Below are positions 48,601 through 58,790 of a stretch of 64,000 nt of DNA, piece by piece (position 1 is the first letter of the stretch; each line of letters starts with the position of its first letter). Location of the stretch: assembly GCA_963795085.1 (NCBI GenBank), contig CAWCFX010000001.1:384001-448000 (forward strand). Reading direction: 5' to 3'. The notes under the pieces were generated by a model. It made no database searches. It saw only the letters and a program-made list of their open reading frames with translations, and was not told where the DNA came from. A program made the translations under genes and the position numbers. Origin of the DNA: an uncultured Gemmatimonadales bacterium (GTDB lineage: Bacteria; Gemmatimonadota; Gemmatimonadetes; Gemmatimonadales; GWC2-71-9).

Positions 48601-49827
48601 TCAATCCGGGAATCCCCACCTGATATTTCCTCTCCCGACATTCAGCACGCAGGCATTGGCCCGGAAGTGGTAGAGCCACTGGGTCACGTCCGGCGCGTCG
48701 ATGACCGCGAAGTCGGCCCGCTTTCCCACCTCGAGGGAGCCGGTGACGGTTTCCCGCCCCACGGCGCGGGCAGCATAGATCGTCGTGCCTTTCAGCACCT
48801 CGGCCGGGGTCATCCGCTGCATGGTGCAGGCGAGCATCATGGCCAGCGGCAGGTGATAGCTGGGTGCGGACCCGGGGTTGAAATCGGTCGCGACGGCGAC
48901 GGCGGCGCCGGCCTCAATCAGGGCCCGGGCCGGCATCGGCTGGTGATTGAGGTAGAGCGTGGCAAGCGGGAGGCTTACGGCGACCACGCCCGCCGCCGCC
49001 ATGGCCTGGATCCCGGCGGGTGAGATCTGCTCCAAATGGTCGGCGCTGGTCGCCTCCATTTCGGCGGCCAACTCGGCACCGCCCCCCGAGGTCAGCTGGT
49101 CGGCATGGAGCTTGAGCCCCATCCCCTCCGCGCGGGCCGCGGCCAGGATCCGGCGGCCCTCCTCGATGGTAAATGCCGAATCCTCCACGAACACGTCGCA
49201 GAAGTCGGCCAGGTGCTCCCGGCTGATGGCCGGGATGAGGGACTCGGTCAGCAGCGCTACGTACTCCGCCCGGCGGTCCCGGTATTCCGGCGGCACCACG
49301 TGGGCGCCGAGGAAGGTGGGGATCAGGTCCACCGGGGCGGTCTCCTGCAGGTCGCGGTAAACCTGGAGCAGTTTGACCTCGGTGTCCACGTCCAGGCCGT
49401 AGCCGCTCTTGCACTCGACCGTGGTGACGCCGAGCTGCACCATCTCGTCGAGGAAGCCGCGGCACCGGGCGGCCAGGTCCGCCGCGGAAACCTCGCGGGT
49501 CCGGGCCACCGTCGAGGCGATGCCTCCGCCCGCTCTGGCGATGTCGAGATAGGTGGCCCCGGCGATCCGCTGCTCGAACTCCGCGGCGCGCCAGCCTCCA
49601 AACGCCAGGTGGGTGTGGCAATCGATCAAGCCGGGAATGACCAGCCGGCCCCTGGCGTCGAAAGCCGTGAGACCCTGGAACTGTGCCGGCAGGTCGGCTT
49701 CCGGCCCGACCCACTGGATCATGGGGCCGTTCCAGACGATGGCCGCTTCGGGAATGGAATGGATGTCGCCCTGGCCGCCGGCTGGGCGGCAGGTGGCGAG
49801 CAGGCCGATGTTGCGGAGGACGGGCAC
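48601..49827 (-). CDS. hutI: Imidazolonepropionase
   Basis: PGLIDCHTH, ECKSGYGL, TFLGAH, KLHADQL, ATDFNPGS. Confidence 0.96.
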   Translation of the reverse strand: MPVLRNIGLLATCRPAGGQGDIHSIPEAAIVWNGPMIQWVGPEADLPAQFQGLTAFDARGRLVIPGLIDCHTHLAFGGWRAAEFEQRIAGATYLDIARAGGGIASTVARTREVSAADLAARCRGFLDEMVQLGVTTVECKSGYGLDVDTEVKLLQVYRDLQETAPVDLIPTFLGAHVVPPEYRDRRAEYVALLTESLIPAISREHLADFCDVFVEDSAFTIEEGRRILAAARAEGMGLKLHADQLTSGGGAELAAEMEATSADHLEQISPAGIQAMAAAGVVAVSLPLATLYLNHQPMPARALIEAGAAVAVATDFNPGSAPSYHLPLAMMLACTMQRMTPAEVLKGTTIYAARAVGRETVTGSLEVGKRADFAVIDAPDVTQWLYHFRANACVLNVGRGNIRWGFPD

Positions 49828-49833
49828 CGCCGG

Positions 49834-51525
49834 CTACTCCAGCATGGGCAGGTCAACCCCGCGCTCGTGGGCGGTGTCCCGGGCGATATCATAGCCCGCA
49901 TCGGCGTGGCGCATGACCCCGGTCCCCGGGTCCGCGGTCAGCACCCGCTGGAGCCGGCGGTCGCCGCTCTCGGTGCCGTCGGCCACCACCACCATGCCGG
50001 AGTGGATGGAATACCCGATGCCGACGCCGCCGCCGTGGTGCAGCGACACCCAGCTGGCCCCGCAGGCGGTGTTGAGCATGGCGTTGAGCAGCGGCCAGTC
50101 GGCGATCGCGTCACTGCCGTCCTTCATCGCTTCGGTCTCCCGGTTGGGCGAGGCCACCGAGCCGGTGTCGAGATGGTCCCGGCCGATCACGAGCGGGGCC
50201 GCCACCTTGCCCTTCTTTACCAGCCAGTTGAACCGCGCCCCCATCTCCGCCCGCTCGCCGTACTCGAGCCAGCAGATCCGCGCGGGCAGCCCCTGGAAGT
50301 GCACCTTCTGCTGGGCCTGCCGGATCCACCGCGCCAGCGCGTCCTTTTTCGGAAATGTGTCCAGCACCGCCTGGTCGGTCACCGCGATATCGGAGGCTTC
50401 GCCCGAGAGCGCGGCCCACCGGAACGGCCCGGCGCCTTTGCAGAAGAGGGGCCGGATGTATTCGGGGACGAACCCGGGGATATCAAAGGCCTGCCGCATC
50501 CCCCGCTGGTCGGCGACGTGGCCCCGGAGATTGTTGCCGTAGTCGAAGACGATCGAACCGGCCTGCTTGAGGTCCAGCATCGCCTGGACATGGACGACCA
50601 TGGAATCGAGCACCCGCTGCTCATACTCCGCCGGCGATTTTTCCCGGAGCGCCGCGGCCCCGTCCAGGCTCAACCCGGCCGGGATATAGCCCACCTGGAG
50701 GTCGTGTGCCGCGGTCTGGTCGGTCACCACGTCGGGTACGATGCCCCGGCGGACCAGCTCCGGCATCACCTCGGCGATGTTGCCGACCAGCCCCACCGAC
50801 AGCGCCTCCTGCCGTTCCTTCGCCCTGGAGACCAGGCCCAGCGCCTCATCGAGGCTGGTGCTCATCTGGTCACAGTAGCCGGTCTCCACCCGGCGGCGGA
50901 TCCGGGCCTCGTCCACGTCCACGCCGAGGAAGGCGGCGCCGTTCATCGTGGCGGCGAGCGGCTGGGCGCCGCCCATGCCGCCCAGGCCGGCGGTGAGCAC
51001 CAGCCGCCCCGCCAGGGTCCCGCCATAGTGCTGCCGGGCCAGCTCGGCGAAGGTCTCGTAGGTGCCCTGGAGGATCCCCTGGGTCCCGATGTAGATCCAG
51101 GAGCCCGCCGTCATCTGGCCGTACATCGTGAGACCCAGCTGGTCCAGCCGGCGGAACTCGTCCCAGGTGGCCCAGCGGGGCACCAGGTGGGCATTGGCGA
51201 TCAGGACCCGGGGCGCCTCCTCATGGGTGCGGAACACGCCCACCGGCTTGCCGCTCTGCACCAGCAGGGTCTCGTTGTTCTCCAGCCGGCGCAGCGTCGC
51301 GACGATCTTCTCGTAGGATTCCCAGTTGCGTGCCGCCTTGCCACCGCCGCCATAGACGATCAACTCGTCGGGGCGCTCGGCCACGTCCGGGTCCAGGTTG
51401 TTCATCAGCATCCGGAGCGCGGCCTCCTGGTGCCATCCCTTGCAGGACAGCGTATTCCCGCGGGGGGCCCGGATGATGCCGGGGGAATGGGCGATCGTCA
51501 TGACACGGGTCCTTGTCTGGTTCAT
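49834..51525 (-). CDS. hutU: Urocanate hydratase
   Basis: [40 protein letters not shown]. Confidence 0.98.
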   Translation of the reverse strand: MNQTRTRVMTIAHSPGIIRAPRGNTLSCKGWHQEAALRMLMNNLDPDVAERPDELIVYGGGGKAARNWESYEKIVATLRRLENNETLLVQSGKPVGVFRTHEEAPRVLIANAHLVPRWATWDEFRRLDQLGLTMYGQMTAGSWIYIGTQGILQGTYETFAELARQHYGGTLAGRLVLTAGLGGMGGAQPLAATMNGAAFLGVDVDEARIRRRVETGYCDQMSTSLDEALGLVSRAKERQEALSVGLVGNIAEVMPELVRRGIVPDVVTDQTAAHDLQVGYIPAGLSLDGAAALREKSPAEYEQRVLDSMVVHVQAMLDLKQAGSIVFDYGNNLRGHVADQRGMRQAFDIPGFVPEYIRPLFCKGAGPFRWAALSGEASDIAVTDQAVLDTFPKKDALARWIRQAQQKVHFQGLPARICWLEYGERAEMGARFNWLVKKGKVAAPLVIGRDHLDTGSVASPNRETEAMKDGSDAIADWPLLNAMLNTACGASWVSLHHGGGVGIGYSIHSGMVVVADGTESGDRRLQRVLTADPGTGVMRHADAGYDIARDTAHERGVDLPMLE

Positions 51526-51591
51526 AGGTGCCGACCGGCTTAAGATAGCTGGCCGGAAGGCCAGAATGCACGATCATCACCGGAGAGCGGC

Positions 51592-52494
51592 ATGACCCAT
51601 ATCCTCGGCGCTCATACCATCGACAATGGCGGCATTGACCAGGCGGTGCGCCGGGCGGCCCGGTCCGGCATGTCGGCCCTGCAGCTCTTCACCGCCATTC
51701 CCAAGTACTATGGCGACAAGTCCAGTATCCGCCCGGAGCGGGTGGACCGGTTCAAGGCTTCGCTGGCGGAGGCGAAGATCGCCCCGGGCAACGTGCTGGT
51801 GCACGCGGCCTACGTGCTGAACACCGCGACGGCCGACTCCGCCAAGTGGGACCGGGCGGCGGCCGGCCTCGTCAAGGAGCTGGAGCGTTCCACCGCCCTG
51901 GGCGTGGGGGCCTTCTGCTACCACCCGGGCGCTGCCACCGATGGGGACCGGCTCGGCGCGGTGAAGCGGATCGCGCGGGCCATCACCGAGGCCCTGGAGA
52001 AACACCCAGCCTCCCGCACCCGGATCCTGGTGGAAAACACGGCCGGGGCCGGGCTGACGATGGGCAAGACCCCGGACGAGGTCGGCGCCATCCTGGCCTG
52101 CATCCCACCCGCGCTCCGGTCCCGCACCGGGTACGGACTCGACACCTGCCATCTCTACGCCGCCGGGCACGATGTCACCCGGTCGAAGGAAGCATTCACG
52201 GCGATCCTCGATGCCTTCGAGAAGGCCGCCGGCGAGCCCCCGTCATTCTTTCACCTGAATGACAGCGAAGGCGCCCTCGGCTCCAACCGGGACCGGCACC
52301 TGCTGATCGGGGCGGGGAACATCGGGGTGGAGCCGTTCCGCTGGCTGCTCGAGGATCAACGCAGCCGCGGCGTCCCCCTGATCCTGGAGACGCCGCAGCA
52401 GAACATGGAGATCGCGGACGACGATACGAGTCCGGATCCGTTTGATGTGCAGATGATGGCCCTGCTCACGGGAATGGCGGAGGGCTGGTCGTGA
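51592..52494 (+). CDS. nfo: Endonuclease IV (AP endonuclease)
   Basis: LGAH, HAAYVLN, ENTAG, LDTCH, HLNDS, DRH, ILETP. Confidence 0.93.
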   Translation: MTHILGAHTIDNGGIDQAVRRAARSGMSALQLFTAIPKYYGDKSSIRPERVDRFKASLAEAKIAPGNVLVHAAYVLNTATADSAKWDRAAAGLVKELERSTALGVGAFCYHPGAATDGDRLGAVKRIARAITEALEKHPASRTRILVENTAGAGLTMGKTPDEVGAILACIPPALRSRTGYGLDTCHLYAAGHDVTRSKEAFTAILDAFEKAAGEPPSFFHLNDSEGALGSNRDRHLLIGAGNIGVEPFRWLLEDQRSRGVPLILETPQQNMEIADDDTSPDPFDVQMMALLTGMAEGWS

Positions 52495-52890
52495 GGATTG
52501 TACTGCAGGCCGGCCCTGCCCTTGGACACCAAAGCACGAAAAGCAGACAACAAAACTAAACAAGAGGACGCGTTCACTTTTGAAGGAACACAAGTGACGT
52601 GGACCCCTGGGGTCTTTTGATTCTTCAGAATTTCGTGATTTGTTGTTCAGTTGTTTCGTGAGGATTGTACTGGAGGCCGCCCCTGTTCGAACACGAAAGC
52701 ACGAAATACAGACAAGAAGCCTGAGAAAGGTCAGGTTTCAACTCTAGGAACACGAGTGATCCCCTGGGTCTGTCTTTTAGTCTTCAGAGTTTCGTGTTTT
52801 GTTGTTCGGCTGTTTGTTGTTTGTTTGCTGTTCGGCTGTTTGTTGTTCGTTTGTTGTTCCGCTGTTTGTTGTTCAGCCGTTTCGTGCAGG
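52490..52890. repeat. Two degenerate type A elements with T/G-rich short repeats in the loop
   Basis: GTGAGGATTGTACTG...CCCTG...ACACSAAAGCACGAAA at 52491 and 52658; TGTTTGTTGTTC repeats at about 52797-52879. Confidence 0.85.
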
Positions 52891-52934
52891 CCGCCAGGAT
52901 CCTGCCGAAACCACCGACAGGACCCTGACGTCCT

Positions 52935-54476
52935 TTAGTTCCCTCCCAGCCGCAGCCGCTGGATGCCGTACTGGCCCCGGGCCACGCTGTACACCCGGAG
53001 GGTCGCGATCTTGCCGGCGCCGACCGCTTTCAAGGCCGACTGCAGCTCGGCCTCGGTCCGGACCGGTTTGCCTTCCACGGCGACGATGATATCGGGGCCG
53101 CCCCGGTCCTCGGCGGACTGAAGAACTTCGGCCGCCGGGCTGTTGGGCTGGAGCGACGTCACCACCAGGCCGGTGACGCCGGCGGGGATCTCGTAGTTCT
53201 GCCGCAACTGGGCCGACAGGGGCGCCACGTTCACGCCCAGGAGTCCCACGCTCTCGGACTCGCCTTCGACGGCGGGCTCGTCCCGCGGCTGGGTCTCTTC
53301 GTTGCCGGCGAGCGTCTCGTCCATCGCGACCAGCCGCACCTTGACGGTCTTGCGGACCCCGCCGCGGCGGGCCACTTCGACATCAACGGATTCGCCGGGC
53401 TGCCGGAAGCCCACCGCCTGCTGGAGCTGGGCCACGTAGAGGAGCGGCTTGCCGTCCACCGCGACGATGATGTCGCCCACTTCCAGGCCGGCCCGCTGGG
53501 CGGGTGAGTTGCGGGAGAAGTTCTCGATCCGCACCCCGCCGATCTGGGTGAGCCCGGCGTATTCGGCGTCTTCCTTGGTGGCCGTCTGCACCGTGATGCC
53601 CAGTGCCGCCCGGTGCACCCGCCCATCGGTGATCAGCTGGTTCATCACCACCTGGGCCAGGTTGATCGGAATGGCGAAGCCGTAGCCGGAGTAATACCCG
53701 GTCTCGCTGGCGATGGCGGAATTGATGCCGATGACCTCACCCCGGACGTTGACCAGCGGCCCGCCCGAGTTGCCCGGGTTGATCGCCGCGTCGGTCTGGA
53801 TGAAATCCTGGATGCCGCTGGGCGCGTTGCCCAGTCCCAGGGCCCGGCCCTTGGCGCTCACGATCCCGGAGGTCACGGTAAAGGAAAGCTGCTCGCCCAG
53901 CGGGTTGCCGATGGCCAGCACCCACTCGCCGATCCGGGCCGCGTCGCTGTTGCCCAGGGCGACCGGGCTGAGTCCCCGCGCGTCGATCTTGAGGACGGCG
54001 ATGTCGGTGCCCTCGTCGGAGCCGACCACCTTGGCCTCGAACTCCCGGCGGTCGAGCAGCCGGACGGTCACCGAGGTCGCTCCATCCACCACGTGGTGGT
54101 TGGTGATGATGTAGCCATCGGCCGAGACGATGAATCCCGAGCCGGTTCCCCGGAGGATCTGGGGGCGCTGGCGGGGGAAGAACTGCTCGAAGCCCTCGGG
54201 GACCCGCTGGTTCCGTTCCCGCCGCTGGGAGCTGACATACACCACGCTGGGGCGGACCCGTTCCGCCACCGCCGCGAAGGCGTCGCTCAGTTCGAGCAGC
54301 GGCCGCGCCGCGGGAATATCAGGCGCCGCGATGCGGGTGATCGCCGGGCTGGAACCCGACTGTTGGGCCGAGGAGCGGGTGGGAAGATCGAGCAGGCCGG
54401 CGAACAGGAGGCCCAGCGCAAAGGCCAGGACTACCAGGCTGCTGAATTTCATCCAGTTCTGAGTGCGTACGGACAT
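52935..54476 (-). CDS. DegP/HtrA-family serine protease with two PDZ domains
   Basis: GSGFIVS, TNHHV, DIAVLK, QTDAAINPGNSGGPL. Confidence 0.95.
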   Translation of the reverse strand: MSVRTQNWMKFSSLVVLAFALGLLFAGLLDLPTRSSAQQSGSSPAITRIAAPDIPAARPLLELSDAFAAVAERVRPSVVYVSSQRRERNQRVPEGFEQFFPRQRPQILRGTGSGFIVSADGYIITNHHVVDGATSVTVRLLDRREFEAKVVGSDEGTDIAVLKIDARGLSPVALGNSDAARIGEWVLAIGNPLGEQLSFTVTSGIVSAKGRALGLGNAPSGIQDFIQTDAAINPGNSGGPLVNVRGEVIGINSAIASETGYYSGYGFAIPINLAQVVMNQLITDGRVHRAALGITVQTATKEDAEYAGLTQIGGVRIENFSRNSPAQRAGLEVGDIIVAVDGKPLLYVAQLQQAVGFRQPGESVDVEVARRGGVRKTVKVRLVAMDETLAGNEETQPRDEPAVEGESESVGLLGVNVAPLSAQLRQNYEIPAGVTGLVVTSLQPNSPAAEVLQSAEDRGGPDIIVAVEGKPVRTEAELQSALKAVGAGKIATLRVYSVARGQYGIQRLRLGGN

Positions 54477-54687
54477 GCGTATTCCTGTGTTGTGGTACGG
54501 GCAGCTTTGTATTCCTAATCTAACGGGATGCGCGCCCCCCGGTTTCGGTTGCCGGGAGAAATACCAGTCCTGCAAGGTCTACGGGTAGACAACACGAGTA
54601 ACTGGGCGCCGAGCTCCCGATCCTCAGGGACCCCGTCTCCCAGTACTCGCTGCTCATGCCAACCCTAAGCCTCACGCTTGCAATGGC

Positions 54688-56607
54688 TTAACTCTGTTTG
54701 TTCTCGTCCACGATCTCGTAATCCGCCTCCACGACATCCTCCGCGGGCGCCGCGTCAGCGGGCTGGGGCTGGCCATCGCCCTCCGGGGCGCCGCCGGCCG
54801 GGCCGGCATTGCTGGCATAGAGGGAGGCCCCCGCCGCCTGGTACGCGGCGTTCAGCTCGTCCAGCGCGGCCTTGATGCCGTCCTGGTCCCCGGTGCGGAG
54901 CGCCTCCTTGCCCCCTTCCACCGCGGCATCGAGCCGGGTCTTGAGGTCGGCCGAGAGCCGGTCCACCCATTCCTTGCTGTCCTTCTCGACCTTGTACACC
55001 AGGCCGTCGAGCTGGTTCCGGTGCTCGATCGCCTCCCGCCGCTTCCGGTCGTCTTCGGCATGCTGCTCGGCGCTCTTGACCATCTTGTCGATGTCGGAGT
55101 CGCTCAGGCCGCTCGACGCCTCGATGCGGATCTTCTGCTCCTTGCCGGTAGCCTTGTCCTTGGCCGAGACATGCAGGATGCCGTTGGCGTCGATGTCGAA
55201 GGTGACCTCGACCTGCGGCATGCCGCGGGGCGCCGGCGGAATCCCGGTCAGCTGGAACTTGCCGATGGTCCGATTGTCCTGGGCCATCTGCCGTTCGCCC
55301 TGCAGCACGTGGATCTCGACCGTGGTCTGGTTGTCCTCCGCGGTGGAGAAGGTCTCCGACTTCTTGGTCGGGATCGTGGTGTTCCGCGCGATCAGGACCG
55401 TGGTCACGCCCCCCAGGGTCTCGATACCCAGCGACAGCGGGGTGACGTCGAGGAGCAGCACGTCCTTCACCTCGCCCGCCAGCACGCCGCCCTGGATCGC
55501 CGCGCCGATCGCGACGACCTCGTCCGGGTTGACGGAGCGATTGGGCTCCTTCCCGAAGAAGTCCTTCACGATCTGCTGGATCCGGGGGATCCGGGTGGAG
55601 CCGCCGACCAGGATGACTTCGTCCACGGTCTTGGGATCCAGCCCCGCATCCTTGAGCGCCTGCTGCATCGGCGGGATCACCCGCTGGATCAGGTCGTCCA
55701 CCAGCTGCTCGAACTTCGCCCGGGTGAGCGAGTAGTTGAGGTGCTTGGGCCCCGACTGGTCCGCCGTAATGAACGGCAGGTTGATGTCGGTCTGCTGGGT
55801 GGTGGACAGCTCCATCTTGGCCTTCTCGGCGGCTTCCTTGAGCCGCTGGAGCGCCATCGCGTCCTTGGACAGGTCGATTCCCTGGTCCCGCTTGAACTCG
55901 GCCACCAGCCAGTCGATCACCCGCTGGTCGAAGTCGTCGCCGCCGAGGTGGGTATCGCCGTTGGTGCTCTTCACCTCGAAGACGCCCTCGGCCAGCTCCA
56001 GCACCGAGATGTCATAGGTGCCGCCGCCGAGATCGAAGACCGCGATCTTCTCGTCCTTCTTCTTGTCGAGGCCGTAGGCCAGCGCCGCCGCGGTAGGCTC
56101 GTTGATGATCCGCTTCACTTCCAGCCCGGCGATCTTCCCGGCGTCCTTGGTCGCCTGCCGCTGGGCATCGTTGAAGTAGGCGGGCACGGTGATGACCGCC
56201 TCGGTCACCTTGGTGCCGAGATAATCTTCCGCCGTCTGCTTCATCTTCTGGAGGACCATGGCGGAAATCTCGGGGGGGCTGTACTTCTTGCCCGCGATCT
56301 CGACCGAGGCCAGCCCACTGGCGCCGGCGCCGATCTTATAGGGGACCCGGCGGCCTTCTTCGGTCACCTCGTCCACCCGGCGTCCCATGAATCGCTTGAT
56401 CGAAAAGATGGTCTGCTTCGGATTGGTCACCGCCTGGCGCTTCGCCACCTGGCCGACCAGCCGCTCGTCGTCCTTCGTGAATGCCACCACTGACGGGGTG
56501 GTCCGCCCGCCTTCGGCGTTCGGAATCACGACCGGGTCGCCGCCTTCCATGACAGCCACGACGGAGTTGGTAGTGCCGAGGTCGATCCCGATGATCTTAT
56601 TGGCCAT
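54688..56607 (-). CDS. dnaK: Molecular chaperone DnaK
   Basis: [41 protein letters not shown]. Confidence 0.99.
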   Translation of the reverse strand: MANKIIGIDLGTTNSVVAVMEGGDPVVIPNAEGGRTTPSVVAFTKDDERLVGQVAKRQAVTNPKQTIFSIKRFMGRRVDEVTEEGRRVPYKIGAGASGLASVEIAGKKYSPPEISAMVLQKMKQTAEDYLGTKVTEAVITVPAYFNDAQRQATKDAGKIAGLEVKRIINEPTAAALAYGLDKKKDEKIAVFDLGGGTYDISVLELAEGVFEVKSTNGDTHLGGDDFDQRVIDWLVAEFKRDQGIDLSKDAMALQRLKEAAEKAKMELSTTQQTDINLPFITADQSGPKHLNYSLTRAKFEQLVDDLIQRVIPPMQQALKDAGLDPKTVDEVILVGGSTRIPRIQQIVKDFFGKEPNRSVNPDEVVAIGAAIQGGVLAGEVKDVLLLDVTPLSLGIETLGGVTTVLIARNTTIPTKKSETFSTAEDNQTTVEIHVLQGERQMAQDNRTIGKFQLTGIPPAPRGMPQVEVTFDIDANGILHVSAKDKATGKEQKIRIEASSGLSDSDIDKMVKSAEQHAEDDRKRREAIEHRNQLDGLVYKVEKDSKEWVDRLSADLKTRLDAAVEGGKEALRTGDQDGIKAALDELNAAYQAAGASLYASNAGPAGGAPEGDGQPQPADAAPAEDVVEADYEIVDENKQS

Positions 56608-56698
56608 GTATGTATCTCCTTTGAACAGCCGTTCAACTTCGCGATTGGGCCGTGCGGCGGGTCGCCAAGCCCGGACGGATTCCCCTGCAGATCTTCCA

Positions 56699-56771
56699 AG
56701 CAAGCCACATTCCCGATTTTTATGCCCTTTTGGCAGGATCCGGCTTTCACTTGGTCAGGATCCGGCTTTCA
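56699..56771 (-). promoter_or_regulatory. Putative sigma-54 promoter and upstream repeated sites for dnaK
   Basis: GG-N10-GC in GGGAATGTGGCTTGCT; TGCC-N5-GGCA at 56723-56735; 16-bp direct repeat at 56734 and 56756. Confidence 0.45.
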
Positions 56772-56891
56772 TGGTATGGGGTGACTGTAGTCACCGCAGG
56801 CCGGTACTGGAAATGGGTATCAATGGGTCGCCAACTGGCGCTTCAGCCACTGGCTGGATCTCCACGAATGCATAGGAAGGGCGGTGTCAAA

Positions 56892-57041
56892 ATGCTTTGG
56901 ACGATTTTCGTAATTCTGCTCGTACTCTGGCTGCTGGGGATGGTATCCTCGTACACGCTGGGTGGATTCATTCACGTTCTTCTGGTGCTGGCAATCGTGG
57001 TCGTGCTGATCAGGGTCATTCAGGGCCGGCGCCCGGTTTGA
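56892..57041 (+). CDS. lmo0937-family (DUF5670) small membrane protein
   Basis: MLWTIFVILLVLWLLG...GGFIHVLLVLAIVVVLIRVIQGRR. Confidence 0.9.
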   Translation: MLWTIFVILLVLWLLGMVSSYTLGGFIHVLLVLAIVVVLIRVIQGRRPV

Positions 57042-57121
57042 GCGAGAGGGGCGGGTCCGCCCGCCCCGGTTTCCATCCGCTTCCCGATCCGGGATATCCT
57101 GATCCCGGAGGAGGCGGTGAA

Positions 57122-57148
57122 GGGTCCGGTATCCGGGCCCTTTTTTTT
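57122..57148 (+). terminator. Intrinsic terminator
   Basis: GGGTCCGG-TAT-CCGGGCCC followed by T8. Confidence 0.85.
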
Positions 57149-57254
57149 GTGACCAAACGCACCGATACCGCCAGGTGATTAGCCCTAAACTGTCCGCGAC
57201 TTGTTCAACATTGCTGGCCACAGGCCGCGAGGCCTTTCTGCAGGGGGTAATGAC

Positions 57255-57746
57255 ATGATTCACACCGACAAGGCCGACCATTCCGAGGTGATCTCCGCCC
57301 TGAACGGTCTGATCGAGACGTGCAAGGATGGCGAGAAGGGATTTCGTACCGCCGCTGAAGGGATCGAGAATGGAGACCTGGCGACGCTGTTCATGAACTA
57401 CGCCGAGCAGCGGGGCAGCTTCGCCGCCGAGCTTCAGGCGGAAGTGCGCCGGCTGGGCGGGGATGCGGAGACCGGCGGGACGGCGATGGGGGCGGTGCAT
57501 CGCGGCTGGATCGATATCAAGGCGGCGGTGGCGGGGAAGGACGAAGGCGCCGTGATCGCCGAGGCCGAACGGGGGGAGGACCACGCGGTGAAGGAGTACC
57601 GCCAGGCCCTGGAAAAAAGCCTGCCCGCTGGGATCCAGACCATCGTGGAGAACCAGTATATCCACGTGCGGGACGCGCACGACCATGTCCGGGCCCTGGA
57701 GCGCCTGCACACCCAGCGGGGTGAGGCCCAGGCAAAGAAGGCATGA
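57255..57746 (+). CDS. PA2169/DUF2383-family four-helix-bundle protein
   Basis: LNGLIETCKDGEKGF, HRGWIDIK, EAERGEDHA. Confidence 0.9.
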   Translation: MIHTDKADHSEVISALNGLIETCKDGEKGFRTAAEGIENGDLATLFMNYAEQRGSFAAELQAEVRRLGGDAETGGTAMGAVHRGWIDIKAAVAGKDEGAVIAEAERGEDHAVKEYRQALEKSLPAGIQTIVENQYIHVRDAHDHVRALERLHTQRGEAQAKKA

Positions 57747-57958
57747 CCGCGCCAGGGAAGGGCCTGCCGCGGCGGGACGGAACGGAGGGTGGAGGAAAAG
57801 GCCGCAGCCAGGGGGAGGACCGGGAAGAGGAGTATGGTGGTCCCAATCCCCAGGATTCCGAACAGGCGCGGCGAGAGGTCCGGGATTCGCCCCGGGCCAG
57901 GGACCTCGCGGGACCGGAAGTGAAAAAGCCACGGGGTCACAACTCAACACAGGAGTAA
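57743..57958 (+). CDS. Small hydrophilic hypothetical protein
   Basis: ATGA overlap with upstream gene; stop 3 bp before the next start. Confidence 0.45.
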   Translation: MTAPGKGLPRRDGTEGGGKGRSQGEDREEEYGGPNPQDSEQARREVRDSPRARDLAGPEVKKPRGHNSTQE

Positions 57959-57961
57959 TGA

Positions 57962-58720
57962 ATGATGACGGACTACAAACGGGCCCCGGCGTTTGCCGCG
58001 TTGGCCCTGATGGCAGCAATCGCAGGTTGTGAAAAGCGCGCCGCGGACGACCTGGGCACGGTGGCCAGTGACTCCTCGCGCGAAGGGTCCGCCATGGTGC
58101 GGCTGGTCAACACGGTGCCTTCGGACGCCGCGGTTGACGTCTTTGCCGACGACGCCGCGGCGTTCTCCGCCGTCACCTTCAAGACGGTGACGCCGTTCAA
58201 ACCGGTCAAGGACAACCTGGTGACCTTTGAACTGCGCCCCTCGCCCGCCTCGGCGGCCGACTCGGTTGAACCCCTGGCCCAGAACCGGGAGATCCTCGGA
58301 GACGGGAACCGGTACACCATCATCGTGCTCCCCGCCGTTGGCGACGGCGATGAACCGACCCTGCGGGTCCTCGAGGAGCCGGATGATGCCACGGAAGCGG
58401 GCAAGGCCCGGCTCCGGGTCGTCAACGCCGCCCGGGGCATTGAGTCGTTCGACGTCTATCTCCCGGCGAGCGCCGAGCCGTTCTTCGATGACGTGAATTT
58501 CGGCACCGAGGCCGGGTTCAAGAGCATGGATGCCGGAAGCGGCCGGGTCGTGATCCGGGGCGACGACAATGGCCCGGTGCTGTTCACCGTGCCGGAGCGG
58601 ACCTTCGAGGCGGGCCGGACCTATACCATTGTCGTGACCAACAAGAGCGTCGGCAGCACCGAGATCGAAGCCATGACGATCGAGGATGACCAGCCGGTAG
58701 CGGCTGACCCGGCGCATTAA
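57962..58720 (+). CDS. DUF4397-like lipoprotein
   Basis: Lipobox IAGC; duplicated VRLVN...VDV / LRVVNAA...FDVY; AGGAG RBS. Confidence 0.8.
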   Translation: MMTDYKRAPAFAALALMAAIAGCEKRAADDLGTVASDSSREGSAMVRLVNTVPSDAAVDVFADDAAAFSAVTFKTVTPFKPVKDNLVTFELRPSPASAADSVEPLAQNREILGDGNRYTIIVLPAVGDGDEPTLRVLEEPDDATEAGKARLRVVNAARGIESFDVYLPASAEPFFDDVNFGTEAGFKSMDAGSGRVVIRGDDNGPVLFTVPERTFEAGRTYTIVVTNKSVGSTEIEAMTIEDDQPVAADPAH

Positions 58721-58790
58721 ATCATCCAGTCAGGGGCGGAGGCGTGGCGCGGTCTGACCGCGCCTTCGTCGTCCCCGGGAGGCACCTGCT

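Noticed and set aside
48085..48641. Short ORFs over the hairpin arrays (also 26495-26968, 27119-27319, 52651-52938)
   Set aside because: Translations of non-coding repeats; frames are not conserved between units
54593..54650. Intrinsic terminator between dnaK and the HtrA gene
   Set aside because: Imperfect long-loop inverted repeat (GAGTAACTGGG/CCCAGTACTC) without a U tract; too weak to call
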